DNA of 39,572 nt from a virus (taxonomy: Duplodnaviria > Heunggongvirae > Uroviricota > Caudoviricetes). Under the pieces are notes generated by a model, which was given only the letters and a program-made list of their open reading frames with translations, did not search any database and was not told where the DNA came from. Of the stretch, positions 18,902-28,116 are shown one piece after another (the first letter of the stretch is position 1; the number at the start of each line of letters is the position of its first letter). The DNA is taken from the IMG/VR virus record IMGVR_UViG_2531839178_000021, positions 1 through 39,572 of that record; one strand, given 5' to 3'. A program made the translations under genes and the position numbers.

Positions 18902-19468
18902 CTATTTGATTGACTCTATTTTGGTATGTTGCTCCTTTAAGAAGGAGTCGCACTTTTCGAAAAATTGACGCCCTTCGTTTAAACTATCAATGTATTTTTT
19001 ATATGTGTCAACATTGCTGGAGCTTAAAACTTCTTTAACCATTGCTAATGGCAGTTCTCTAAGAGAAAAGTCTATCTGTGCTCTGCTCCGCTCATCGAAT
19101 TCATTATAGTTATACAGAGCAAAATCCTTGATGGTTCTTAGTGGTGAAAAGTGAGACTCTATTTCCGGAGAGAGAATGCTTGGTTCAATGATAAATCTAA
19201 AAAAGCAAGTGAATATAAGGTTGATGCTGTTGTTATCTTCTCCCTTTTCTCTTAAGAAACTTTTAAAGGTGTCGCCAATCATAGCAATGTTGTGCTGGGA
19301 TTTTTTGTCCCAATCTTCAGGGTTTTCGGAAATGAAGTTTATTGCTTGAGCAATTATTTTGTTTCTGTTTGATTCAAAGTTTGTGCCGGGAGTCAGCGTG
19401 TTCAAAAAGACCAGATAATCTTTGAACAATTCTTTCATTGTTTCTGACGAGAAAAAGTAAGTACTCAT
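18902..19468 (-). CDS. Hypothetical cargo protein (~188 aa), unknown function
   Basis: low-GC ORF on the strand opposite to the tail genes, inserted between S and V; start taken at ATG 19468 (MSTYFFSSETMKELF); the longer ORF to 19564 uses GTG and overlaps the V start. Confidence 0.5.
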   Translation of the reverse strand: MSTYFFSSETMKELFKDYLVFLNTLTPGTNFESNRNKIIAQAINFISENPEDWDKKSQHNIAMIGDTFKSFLREKGEDNNSINLIFTCFFRFIIEPSILSPEIESHFSPLRTIKDFALYNYNEFDERSRAQIDFSLRELPLAMVKEVLSSSNVDTYKKYIDSLNEGRQFFEKCDSFLKEQHTKIESIK

Positions 19469-19554
19469 AATGGATTTTGTTGTCCCTTGTTGTTCTGTGC
19501 ACCAGAAATCGTGGTGTGATTTACTTCGAGATTGTACAGAATCATTATTATCGA

Positions 19555-20184
19555 ATGAATGCACAATACAATGAAATTCTTCGCTTTATACGCAATATGA
19601 TTCGCACTGGCATTATTGTCGAAACCGACCTTAATGCCGGTCGCTGCCGTGTGCAGACCGGCGGCATGTGCACCGACTGGCTTCAGTGGCTGACCCATCG
19701 CGCCGGACGTTCGCGCACATGGTGGGCACCTTCCGTGGGGGAACAGGTGCTGATTCTGGCCGTGGGCGGTGAACTCGACACGGCGTTCGTTCTGCCGGGG
19801 ATTTATTCCTGCGATAACCCCGCGCCGTCTGCGTCGGCGGATGCCCTGCATATCCGTTTCCCTGACGGGGCGGTGATTGAGTATGAACCCGAAACCAGTG
19901 CACTCACGGTAAGCGGAATTAAAACGGCCAGCGTGACGGCTTCTGATTCTGTTACTGCCACGGTGCCGGTGGTCATGGTGAAAGCGTCAACCCGCATCAC
20001 CCTGGACACCCCGGAGGTGGTCTGCACCAACAGACTGATTACCGGCACGCTGGAAGTGCAGAAGGGCGGGACGATGCGCGGCAACATTAAACATACCGGC
20101 GGTGAACTCTCATCAAACGGTAAGGTACTGCATACCCATAAACACCCCAGCGACAGCGGCGGCACAACCGGGAGTCCTCTATGA
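19555..20184 (+). CDS. V: Baseplate spike protein V
   Basis: MNAQYNEILRFIRNMIRTGIIVETDLNAGRCRVQTGGMCTDWLQWL. Confidence 0.85.
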   Translation: MNAQYNEILRFIRNMIRTGIIVETDLNAGRCRVQTGGMCTDWLQWLTHRAGRSRTWWAPSVGEQVLILAVGGELDTAFVLPGIYSCDNPAPSASADALHIRFPDGAVIEYEPETSALTVSGIKTASVTASDSVTATVPVVMVKASTRITLDTPEVVCTNRLITGTLEVQKGGTMRGNIKHTGGELSSNGKVLHTHKHPSDSGGTTGSPL

Positions 20185-20528
20185 CAGCGCGTTATCTTGG
20201 AATGAATCGCAGTGATGGCCTGACGGTCACTGACCTTGAGCATATCAGCCAGAGTATCGGCGATATCCTGCGCACACCGGTCGGCTCACGGGTGATGCGT
20301 CGTGATTACGGCTCGTTGCTGGCGTCAATGATTGACCAGCCGCAGACCCCGGCGCTTGAGTTGCAGATTAAGGTCGCCTGTTACATGGCGGTGCTGAAAT
20401 GGGAACCCCGCGTCACCCTGTCATCCGTCACCACGGCGCGCAGCTTTGATGGGCGAATGACGGTCACGTTAACCGGCCAGCACAACGACACCGGCCAGCC
20501 ACTTTCGTTAACCATCCCTGTGAGTTGA
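20181..20528 (+). CDS. W: Baseplate protein W
   Basis: 115-aa ORF MTARYLGMNRSDGLTVTDLEHISQSIGDILRTPVGSRVMRRDYGS. Confidence 0.85.
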   Translation: MTARYLGMNRSDGLTVTDLEHISQSIGDILRTPVGSRVMRRDYGSLLASMIDQPQTPALELQIKVACYMAVLKWEPRVTLSSVTTARSFDGRMTVTLTGQHNDTGQPLSLTIPVS

Positions 20529-20532
20529 AACC

Positions 20533-21441
20533 ATGCCGATTATCGACCTGAACCAGCTACCCGCACCGGATGTGGTCGAGGAGCTGGACTTTGAAACCAT
20601 TCTCGCCGAACGCAAGGCGACACTGATTTCCCTTTACCCGGAAGACCAGCAGGAGGCGGTCGCCCGTCCCCTGACGCTGGAATCTGAGCCTCTCGTCAAA
20701 CTGCTGGAGGAAAATGCTTATCGTGAGCTTATCTGGCGTCAGCGTGTGAATGAGGCCGCACGGGCGGTGATGCTGGCCTGTGCCGCCGGTAATGACCTTG
20801 ATGTGATTGGTGCCAATTACAACACCACGCGTCTGACTATCACCCCGGCAGATGATTCGACTATCCCGCCGACACCGGCAGTGATGGAGTCTGACACGGA
20901 TTATCGTCTGCGTATTCAGCAGGCGTTTGAAGGCTTAAGCGTCGCCGGGTCGGTGGGAGCCTATCAGTATCATGGTCGCAGTGCTGACGGGCGTGTCGCG
21001 GATATCTCTGTCACCAGTCCGTCTCCGGCCTGCGTCACTATCTCCGTGCTGTCACGTGAAAATAACGGCGTCGCATCCGAAGACCTGCTGGCCGTGGTGC
21101 GTAACGCCCTTAATGGCGAGGACGTCAGGCCGGTGGCCGACCGCGTGACCGTGCAGTCTGCCGCCATTGTTGAATATCAGATAAACGCCACACTTTACCT
21201 TTACCCAGGTCCCGAAAGCGAACCCATCCGCGCTGCTGCCGTGAAAAAACTGGAAGCGTACATCACGGCACAGCACCGGCTGGGGCGTGACATCCGTCTG
21301 TCTGCCATTTATGCCGCTTTGCATGTGGAAGGCGTGCAGCGTGTCGAACTGACTGCACCGCTGGCTGACATCGTGCTCAACAGTACGCAGGCGTCTTTCT
21401 GTACTGAATACCGCGTCGTGACCGGAGGCTCGGATGAGTGA
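20533..21441 (+). CDS. J: Baseplate protein J
   Basis: 302-aa ORF MPIIDLNQLPAPDVVEELDFETILAERKATLISLYPEDQQ. Confidence 0.85.
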   Translation: MPIIDLNQLPAPDVVEELDFETILAERKATLISLYPEDQQEAVARPLTLESEPLVKLLEENAYRELIWRQRVNEAARAVMLACAAGNDLDVIGANYNTTRLTITPADDSTIPPTPAVMESDTDYRLRIQQAFEGLSVAGSVGAYQYHGRSADGRVADISVTSPSPACVTISVLSRENNGVASEDLLAVVRNALNGEDVRPVADRVTVQSAAIVEYQINATLYLYPGPESEPIRAAAVKKLEAYITAQHRLGRDIRLSAIYAALHVEGVQRVELTAPLADIVLNSTQASFCTEYRVVTGGSDE

Positions 21442-21964
21442 TTCGCGACTGCTGCCGACCGGCTCATCACCGCTTGAAGTCGCCGCCGCAAAAGCCTGTG
21501 CGGAAATTGAAAAAACACCGGTCAGTATTCGTGAGCTGTGGAACCCGGACACCTGCCCGGCAAATCTGCTGCCGTGGCTGGCGTGGGCGTTTTCGGTCGA
21601 CAGGTGGGATGAAAAGTGGCCGGAAGCGACCAAACGCGCCGTTATTCGCGATGCCTATTTCATCCACTGTCATAAAGGCACTATAGGTGCAATCCGGCGT
21701 GTGGTGGAGCCGCTAGGCTATCTCATCAACGTGACGGAGTGGTGGGAAACCAGTGACCCGCCGGGCACCTTCCGGCTTGATATTGGTGTACTGGAAAGTG
21801 GCATCACAGAGGCAATGTATCAGGAAATGGAACGGCTGATTGCTGATGCCAAACCTGCAAGCCGCCACCTTATTGGCCTGAACATTACCCGGGACATTCC
21901 CGGCTACCTGTTCGCCGGTGGTGTGGCTTATGACGGCGATGTAATTACGGTTTACCCCGGATAA
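21434..21964 (+). CDS. I: Baseplate protein I
   Basis: 176-aa ORF, start overlaps J stop. Confidence 0.8.
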   Translation: MSDSRLLPTGSSPLEVAAAKACAEIEKTPVSIRELWNPDTCPANLLPWLAWAFSVDRWDEKWPEATKRAVIRDAYFIHCHKGTIGAIRRVVEPLGYLINVTEWWETSDPPGTFRLDIGVLESGITEAMYQEMERLIADAKPASRHLIGLNITRDIPGYLFAGGVAYDGDVITVYPG

Positions 21965-22496
21965 GTGAGGAATAATGAGCACAAAATTCAGAACCGTTAT
22001 CACCACTGCCGGTGCAGCAAAGCTGGCAGCGGCAACCGCACCGGGAGGGCGGAAGGTCAACATTACCACGATGGCCGTCGGGGATGGCGGTGGTAAATTG
22101 CCTGTCCCGGATGCCGGACAGACCGGGCTTATCCATGAAGTCTGGCGACATGCGCTGAACAAAATCAGCCAGGACAAACGAAACAGTAATTATATTATCG
22201 CAGAGCTGGTTATTCCGCCGGAGGTGGGCGGTTTCTGGATGCGTGAGCTTGGCCTGTACGATGATGCGGGAACGTTAATTGCCGTGGCGAACATGGCCGA
22301 AAGTTATAAGCCAGCTCTTGCCGAAGGCTCAGGGCGTTCGCAGACCTGCCGTATGGTCATCATCGTCAGCAGTGTGGCCTCAGTGGAGCTGACCATTGAC
22401 ACCACAACGGTGATGGCGACGCAGGATTACGTTGATGACAAAATTGCAGAGCACGAACAGTCACGACGTCACCCGGACGCCTCGCTGACCGCAAAA

Positions 22497-22860
22497 GGTT
22501 TTACTCAGTTAAGCAGTGCGACCAACAGCATGTCTGAAACACTGGCTGCAACGCCGAGAGCGGTAAAGACCGCCTATGACCTTGCTAACGGGAAATATAC
22601 CGCGCAGGATGCCACCACCGCGCGAAAAGGCCTTGTTCAGCTCAGTAGTGCGACTAACAGCACGTCTGAAACGCTCGCCGCAACGCCGAAAGCGGTAAAG
22701 GCAGCATATGACCTTGCTAACGGGAAATACACTGCACAGGATGCCACAACAGCGCGAAAAGGCCTTGTTCAGCTCAGTAGCGCCACCAACAGTGATTCTG
22801 AAACGCAGGCTGCAACGCCAAAGGCGGTGAAGTCTGCCTATGACAATGCTGAAAAACGTC
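22497..22860 (+). repeat. Tandem 132-bp (44-codon) coding repeat, ~2.75 copies, inside tail fibre gene H
   Basis: units starting 22497, 22629, 22761: LSSATNS-SETLAATPKAVKAAYDLANGKYTAQDATTARKGLVQ. Confidence 0.8.
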
Positions 22861-22931
22861 TTCAGAAAGATCAGAACGGTGCGGATATCCCTGATAAAGA
22901 ACGCTTCCTGAGTAACATTAGGCTGTGTCCC

Positions 22932-23444
22932 TTAATTACGTAAGCGTTGATAAAAGAGTCGGATGCAGCCCAGTTTCACCATCGCCAGGTAATTTCTCGC
23001 CGTTTTGTCGTAACGCGTGGCGATGCGGCGATATTCTTTCAGCCGCCCAAAGCACCGTTCAACGACATTACGATTGCAGTACGCATCACGATCAAGCTGT
23101 GCACGTCCATCCGATGCCATTTTCTCATTTGACTTTCGGGGGATTACTGCCTTTATACCGTTATTTTTCAGCTCGTTGCGCAATGCGCGCCCTGAATACG
23201 CTTTATCAGCCAGTACCGCATGTCCACGGCGTTTCATGCTGCCGTTCTGACGCTGAACGCCAATCCCGTCCAGAAGTCGTTGCGCGAACTGGCTTTCATG
23301 AGCTTGTCCGGGGCTTAGCACGATATTTAACGGGAGGCCACTTCCGTCTGTTGCCAGATGGATTTTGGTGCCAAAACCGCCGCGAGAGCGACCCAGCCCA
23401 TTATCTCCGTCGATATCGGGATGTTTTTTGAGCACCGGCGGCAC
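22932..23444 (-). CDS. IS transposase OrfB (copy 2)
   Basis: same protein as 2569-3084 apart from the N-terminal residues at the A-run. Confidence 0.75.
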   Translation of the reverse strand: MPPVLKKHPDIDGDNGLGRSRGGFGTKIHLATDGSGLPLNIVLSPGQAHESQFAQRLLDGIGVQRQNGSMKRRGHAVLADKAYSGRALRNELKNNGIKAVIPRKSNEKMASDGRAQLDRDAYCNRNVVERCFGRLKEYRRIATRYDKTARNYLAMVKLGCIRLFYQRLRN

Positions 23445-23775
23445 ATTTCAGCGCCCGGATATTACTGCCATCCAGCGCGGTGGCAGACCAGTCAATAAAG
23501 CCGTTTGCATCAAGTAGCGAAAGCAACCTGTTGAAAATAATATTAATCACGCCTGACTTTGACCATCGGTTAAAGCGGTTATAAACAGTTTTCCATGACC
23601 CATATCGTTCGGGTAAATCGCGCCATGGTGCACCGGAACATAACACCCAGAACATGCCATTGATGATTTTACGGTGCTCAGCCCATGGGCGTCCGGCCCG
23701 TGGTGTGGCGGGTTCAGGAGGTAACAGGGGCTTGATGATGGTCCATGCCTCATCGGGAAGGTCGTAGCGAGCCAT
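23401..23775 (-). CDS. IS transposase OrfA (copy 2); with A6 the OrfB frame is +1 rather than -1
   Basis: MARYDLPDEAWTIIKPLLPP...AQKTSRYRRR stop. Confidence 0.7.
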   Translation of the reverse strand: MARYDLPDEAWTIIKPLLPPEPATPRAGRPWAEHRKIINGMFWVLCSGAPWRDLPERYGSWKTVYNRFNRWSKSGVINIIFNRLLSLLDANGFIDWSATALDGSNIRALKCAAGAQKTSRYRRR

Positions 23776-24682
23776 AGTTCAATATGTTGTGTAAACAGAC
23801 AGTTACTATAGCTCAGATGATTAAGGGACACAGCCTAGTGTTTTTTATGTTGAAGCCAGAGCTTTCCCTGTACAAATTCTTGCAGAGGAAGGGCTAACGG
23901 TTATTGTTCCGACAGAGGATTATGTCGTCGGTCAAACGACATATAAGTGGGGGGCAACTAATCCCGCTACAGAAAGCACGAACGCACAGGCTATTCTGGA
24001 TTTTAAAAATGGACGTGGTTATTACTGTTCACATCCATTTATTTCCAGCCTTTCAGGAAATGCTGCAACAGCAACGAAGTTAGCGAACGCAAGAAATATT
24101 AATGGTGTCAGATTTGATGGCTCTGCCGATATAAATATTAATACACTGGTATCCAGAAACCGTGTTACTGCATTAGGTGGGAGCGTAAAGGGGACACCAG
24201 GTATTCAGATGTATGAGGCATACAACAATGGCTACCCAACAGCCTATGGTAATGTGCTTCATCTCACTGGCGTAACCGCAGTAGGAGAGGGTGAGTTACT
24301 TATTGGTTGGAGTGGAACCAGCGGTGCTCATGCTCCGGCATATATTCGTTCCCGACGAGATACCACAGATGCTAACTGGTCTGGATGGGCGCAACTATAT
24401 ACAACTGCTCATAAACCCTCAGCGGGAGATGTTGGTGCATACACCAAAACTGAGTCAGATTCACGTTATGTGAGAGACATGCGGCTGGGCGGTGCATCTA
24501 CATATAAACCAGCAAATAATGGTACTACATGGACGCATCAGGCTCCGTCAGGTTGCGTATATACCGGCATTATTGTTCAGGATACCGGCTCAAACTCTGC
24601 CGATAACATTGGTGGCGTATATTACAGACCGGTGCAGAAATACATTAACGGGACATGGTATAACGTGGTGCAGGTATAATTT

Positions 24683-25210
24683 ATGCAGCATTTAAAAAAT
24701 ATTACGGCGGGTAATCCAAAAACGGTTGAACAATATCAATTGACAAAGGACTTTGATGTTGTCTGGTTTTTTTCAGAAGATGGTAAGAACTGGTACGAAG
24801 AACAAAAGTATTTTGCTGATGACACGATAAAAATAGCGTACGACAAAGATAATATCATCCACTATGTGGAAAAGGATGTGACAGCTATCAGACCGGATGG
24901 ATTAAGTGTTGTTGAAGTGGCGGATATTACTGCTAACCGACGGGCGGACATTTCAGGGAACTGGATGTTTAAGGACGGCAAAGTGATTAAACGCGTTTAT
25001 ACGGCAGAGGAATTACAGCAGCAGGCAGAAATTCGGAAAGCCAGACTTCTTGCAGATGCTGAATCCGTGATTTTGCCGCTGGAGCGCGCGGTCAGACTGA
25101 ACATGGCAACAGATGAGGAGCGTAGCCGACTGGAATCATGGGAACGCTACAGCGTTCTGGTCAGTCGTGTGGATCCTGCAAATCCTGAATGGCCGGAAAT
25201 GCCGCAATAA
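24683..25210 (+). CDS. G: Tail fibre assembly chaperone G
   Basis: 175-aa [44 protein letters not shown] immediately after H. Confidence 0.85.
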   Translation: MQHLKNITAGNPKTVEQYQLTKDFDVVWFFSEDGKNWYEEQKYFADDTIKIAYDKDNIIHYVEKDVTAIRPDGLSVVEVADITANRRADISGNWMFKDGKVIKRVYTAEELQQQAEIRKARLLADAESVILPLERAVRLNMATDEERSRLESWERYSVLVSRVDPANPEWPEMPQ

Positions 25211-25259
25211 GTTGTATTAGCTTACATATCTATGGCACAGAGTAAAGCCTAATCTGACA

Positions 25260-25298
25260 GTCCGCTCTGTGCCAGGAGCAGACATTGCCAACGTTATG
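25260..25298 (+). repeat. ~39-bp direct repeat, copy A (partner at 27932-27970)
   Basis: gtccgctctgtgccaggagcagacattgccaacgttatga versus gttcgctttgtgccaggagcggacgttgccagcattgag, ~85 percent identity. Confidence 0.7.
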
Positions 25299-25677
25299 AC
25301 CCTCGATTACATCAAAGAGCCCTATAGCCGAAACCTGCACCATAGCCATCTCTGTAGAATTCGTCCTAGGGGCTTTTAACAGACCTAGTTGTATGGATCG
25401 GAAGGAAATATTAAAGCTCAAGGCGTCAGTCCAGTGCTGTCCTGTTTGCTTACCACACGAAAGAGTGCTGCTTGTACCTGCTAACTAATGGTATGCGGAG
25501 TGAGGGGGGCGGGTAGAACCAAAAGCACTTACTACGTGTGGCGCTCTCCTGGAAGAGGAGACGTCGAAGTGATAACGCTAACAACAGTCTTACTGGTGAT
25601 GCAAATAATGCTAGCTGGTCTGGTTGCCATCAAGCAACTGACCGGACGCCCGTAAGGGATGGAGGAACTTGATTAAA

Positions 25678-25707
25678 GGCAGGGGGGTTACCTCCCCTGC
25701 CTTTTTC
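25678..25707 (+). terminator. Strong rho-independent terminator
   Basis: GGCAGGGG-ggttacct-CCCCTGCC followed by TTTTT; lies ~470 nt downstream of G stop with no ORF of 60 aa or more between. Confidence 0.75.
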
Positions 25708-25769
25708 GTTTCTGCGCAAGTTAGCTCTGTTATTATAATCCTTACTCACACTGTAAGGACATAGTTCAA

Positions 25770-26033
25770 ATGACTGAATGGCTTAATGCACATTTTGGTG
25801 CAGACGCAGCTACCTATCTTAGCTTATTAGTCGGCGTACTGGCACTGTTTGGTATTGGGGGCGGTGTTACATATAGAATCAGACAGCAAAACAACATAAA
25901 ACAGAAGGCAAAGAAAACCGAGGGTGATGTGAACCAGGCCGGGCGGGATATTAATCAGACCACCAACGTTTACCACACATCCAATGAATCTACTGAGGAC
26001 CCTGTAAAAAAAAGCAAGATGAACATGATCTGA
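25770..26033 (+). CDS. Membrane-anchored hypothetical protein, N-terminal segment (single TM helix)
   Basis: TATAAT at 25734-25739; MTEWLNAHFGADAATYLSLLVGVLALFGIGGGV; ORF ends just after an A8 run (26006-26013) where the next ORF's frame opens. Confidence 0.55.
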   Translation: MTEWLNAHFGADAATYLSLLVGVLALFGIGGGVTYRIRQQNNIKQKAKKTEGDVNQAGRDINQTTNVYHTSNESTEDPVKKSKMNMI

Positions 26034-26056
26034 AGATAATCGACCAGATCCTTGAA

Positions 26057-26452
26057 TTGCTGCCTTATGAGGATACTACTCAATGGGTTGAGCAGAGCTA
26101 CCTGAGCGGTATACGGCAAGATGTTTGCTTAAACATTGAAAAAGCTGAAAAATTTAGCGGTGAAAAGTATCGGTTATTCAATACTGAAGTGAATGGTGCG
26201 AAAGACGCTTTTTTGGACGCTATGACCGCATACGTAGATAGTACGCTACCATTTATGAGTGTTGATTACCCGAACAGAAAGCCAGTGATGCTAAGCCTTC
26301 CCCATGACTGGAAGAGTAAGAGTGTTGAATCGGAGGCAAACTTCCGCTTTCATCAGCAAAATGTGCGTGAAACATCGGGGGGGATGATTGCGCGCTATGA
26401 GGATTTTGTCAGGACATTTAAGGCTCATGGATTCATAAGCGATAAACTGTAA
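26057..26452 (+). CDS. Hypothetical protein segment lacking an ATG start; probably the C-terminal part of one ~227-aa gene 25770-26452 broken by a 1-nt deletion
   Basis: frame open from 25997; ORF-track start is TTG; frame offset from 25770 is of deletion type. Confidence 0.5.
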   Translation: MLPYEDTTQWVEQSYLSGIRQDVCLNIEKAEKFSGEKYRLFNTEVNGAKDAFLDAMTAYVDSTLPFMSVDYPNRKPVMLSLPHDWKSKSVESEANFRFHQQNVRETSGGMIARYEDFVRTFKAHGFISDKL

Positions 26453-26545
26453 AGGCGCAGTGGGTCAGCGAACACCGCAACGACAGAACCGCGTAAGCGG
26501 TAAAATCAGCTTGTTAACTGGCGAGTTTATAGCCGTCCCTCCGGG

Positions 26546-27846
26546 CTGAGGGATCCCCACAAAATTACTGCTAATAAACCAGTACCATATTTCGGTAGGT
26601 TCTGGACAGATGGTTTAGAACTGTGCTCAGTACTGTTCGTCTTAAAATAAGTGGCGAGTGTCGAAGAACATTCTTCGCTAACGTCAGATATGAGATAACC
26701 CGCCGGGATTTAATGCTGTTAGCCTGATATTTCAGGTGTAACCCTTTATTTTCAGCGTGATAACCGAGTAACCACATTACGATAGTGCTCAACGTTGCCA
26801 GCAGACTCAGAACCAGAATTCTTCCTGTTGAACGACTTTTGCTGGCCCGAAGACCAAATCCGAAGCGCCCGTTCTTTTCATCACGAAAGTTTTGCTCTAT
26901 CTGCATTCGCCGACTGTATAACTTGATGATTTCTCGCGCTCTGAAGTCATTTGTACTGCTGAAGATCAACCAGGCTTCTTTTGCTGATTTGCTCTGTTCT
27001 TTGTCTGTTTTGTTTAAACCACTCTGACCTTTCGAACGTTTCTTTTTTCGCCCTTTTGCCGATTTCTTATAGGTGTAAAAATGCCCCCGGATGCTTTTTT
27101 TCCTTTCTTTAACCAGCCTTCCAGCCCCCATATATTCCGGTGTTTTACATTCAGGGCTATCCGACACTTTTAACCATCTTTCAGGCGCGTTATCGAGGCA
27201 ATACTGAACGTTATTTCTGATCCGACCAATAAAATCCCAGCCCAGAGAAGTAATATGGTGAAACCATGCGCTCTGAAATCCAGCATCCGTGACAATAATA
27301 ACCCTGGCATCGGGGGGCAGGGATTGAGCAAGGGAATCAAGGAAATCATGTTGTATCAATGGATTATTTTGTTTTTCAGAAGGAACAACCTTACTCAATA
27401 ACGGAATGGAACGCCCGTCACACAGAAGGCTGGCACGAAGAACATGATGCTCCTGGGAGGGATAGCCACTCCAGTCTACGGCTATTACACATAAAGATAA
27501 CTGCCGTGTCAGCATTGAAGTGATATTCCTGAAAATCATTGGAATATCGCGATGGAGCGCCTCATTACCCATGAGGCGATCAATACGTTTGCTCTTATTC
27601 TTAACTTGTGCATTACCCGGGAAAAAACGTCCGATACTGGTCAGCGTCAGAGATGCTCCGTTGATTAACGCCACTGTGGCATCCATCAGGGCATTTTGTC
27701 GGTACTGATGAAATGGTGCTAAGGCATCCCGGAAGAAATTCTGACATACTTTATGAACAGGCATAGCAGTGATCTCATTGAATTGTTGGCACAAATCAGT
27801 AGATCACATAATGCTATGTCTGTCTCGTTTTCTGGGAATTCCTCAG
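26546..27846 (-). mobile_element. IS10-like (IS4-family) insertion sequence, ~1.3 kb, with 9-bp target-site duplication CCCTCCGGG
   Basis: ends CTGAGGGATCCCC (26546-) and its reverse complement (-27846); identical 9-mers at 26537-26545 and 27847-27855. Confidence 0.8.
26571..27764 (-). CDS. IS10-like transposase (~397 aa)
   Basis: KRIDRLMGN, VDWS, VLRAS, TDAGFQSAWF, SLGW, SKGRKKKRS, SAKEAW, IKLYSRRMQIEQNFRD, FGLRAS: motifs shared with the IS10 transposase. Confidence 0.8.
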   Translation of the reverse strand: MPVHKVCQNFFRDALAPFHQYRQNALMDATVALINGASLTLTSIGRFFPGNAQVKNKSKRIDRLMGNEALHRDIPMIFRNITSMLTRQLSLCVIAVDWSGYPSQEHHVLRASLLCDGRSIPLLSKVVPSEKQNNPLIQHDFLDSLAQSLPPDARVIIVTDAGFQSAWFHHITSLGWDFIGRIRNNVQYCLDNAPERWLKVSDSPECKTPEYMGAGRLVKERKKSIRGHFYTYKKSAKGRKKKRSKGQSGLNKTDKEQSKSAKEAWLIFSSTNDFRAREIIKLYSRRMQIEQNFRDEKNGRFGFGLRASKSRSTGRILVLSLLATLSTIVMWLLGYHAENKGLHLKYQANSIKSRRVISYLTLAKNVLRHSPLILRRTVLSTVLNHLSRTYRNMVLVY

Positions 27847-27931
27847 CCCTCCGGGGCGGCTTTTTTATGACTATAATCGACAGAATCACCTGAACGTCCA
27901 GGTGGGTTTCCCTGACAGGACGTCAAGGAAT

Positions 27932-27970
27932 GTTCGCTTTGTGCCAGGAGCGGACGTTGCCAGCATTGAG
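27932..27970 (+). repeat. ~39-bp direct repeat, copy B (partner at 25260-25298)
   Basis: see copy A. Confidence 0.7.
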
Positions 27971-28116
27971 TTTTCAGTTTTCAAAGGTATATCTTTAGAT
28001 TTAGTTCACTTAGAATGAGCGTGTTAAAGTTTTCGGTTATGTGAGTATATTGAACATAACAAATAAACAATAATTTTTGTATTCCATTTAGGATATAAAA
28101 AAGAGGGATTTGAGTT

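Larger units (their letters stand above)
22921..23835 (-). mobile_element. IS5-family (IS427-group-like) insertion sequence, copy 2, inverted relative to copy 1, TA duplication
   Basis: same terminal repeats as copy 1 (ggctgtgtccc at 22921, gggacacagcc ending 23835); TA at 22919-22920 and 23836-23837; A-run is 6 nt (plus-strand T6 at 23424-23429), not 7. Confidence 0.85.
21975..24679 (+). pseudogene. H: Tail fibre protein H, interrupted by IS5-family element copy 2 (5' part 21975-22920, 3' part 23838-24679)
   Basis: ORF ends ..DKERFLSNI then IS repeat; after the IS the frame resumes VFYVEARAFPVQILAEEGLTVIVPTEDYVVGQ...; removing the IS plus one TA restores a ~595-codon ORF. Confidence 0.8.

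Noticed and set aside
22497-22860. Tandem repeats considered as a possible CRISPR-like or VNTR array
   Set aside because: The repeats are 132 bp, in frame, and encode a repeated 44-aa unit inside tail fibre gene H; there are no spacer-like unique segments.
25211-25707. Retron (msr/msd) hypothesis for the structured non-coding region after G
   Set aside because: No reverse transcriptase gene follows; the downstream genes are an 87/131-aa membrane-anchored protein and an IS. Kept only as a generic possible ncRNA.
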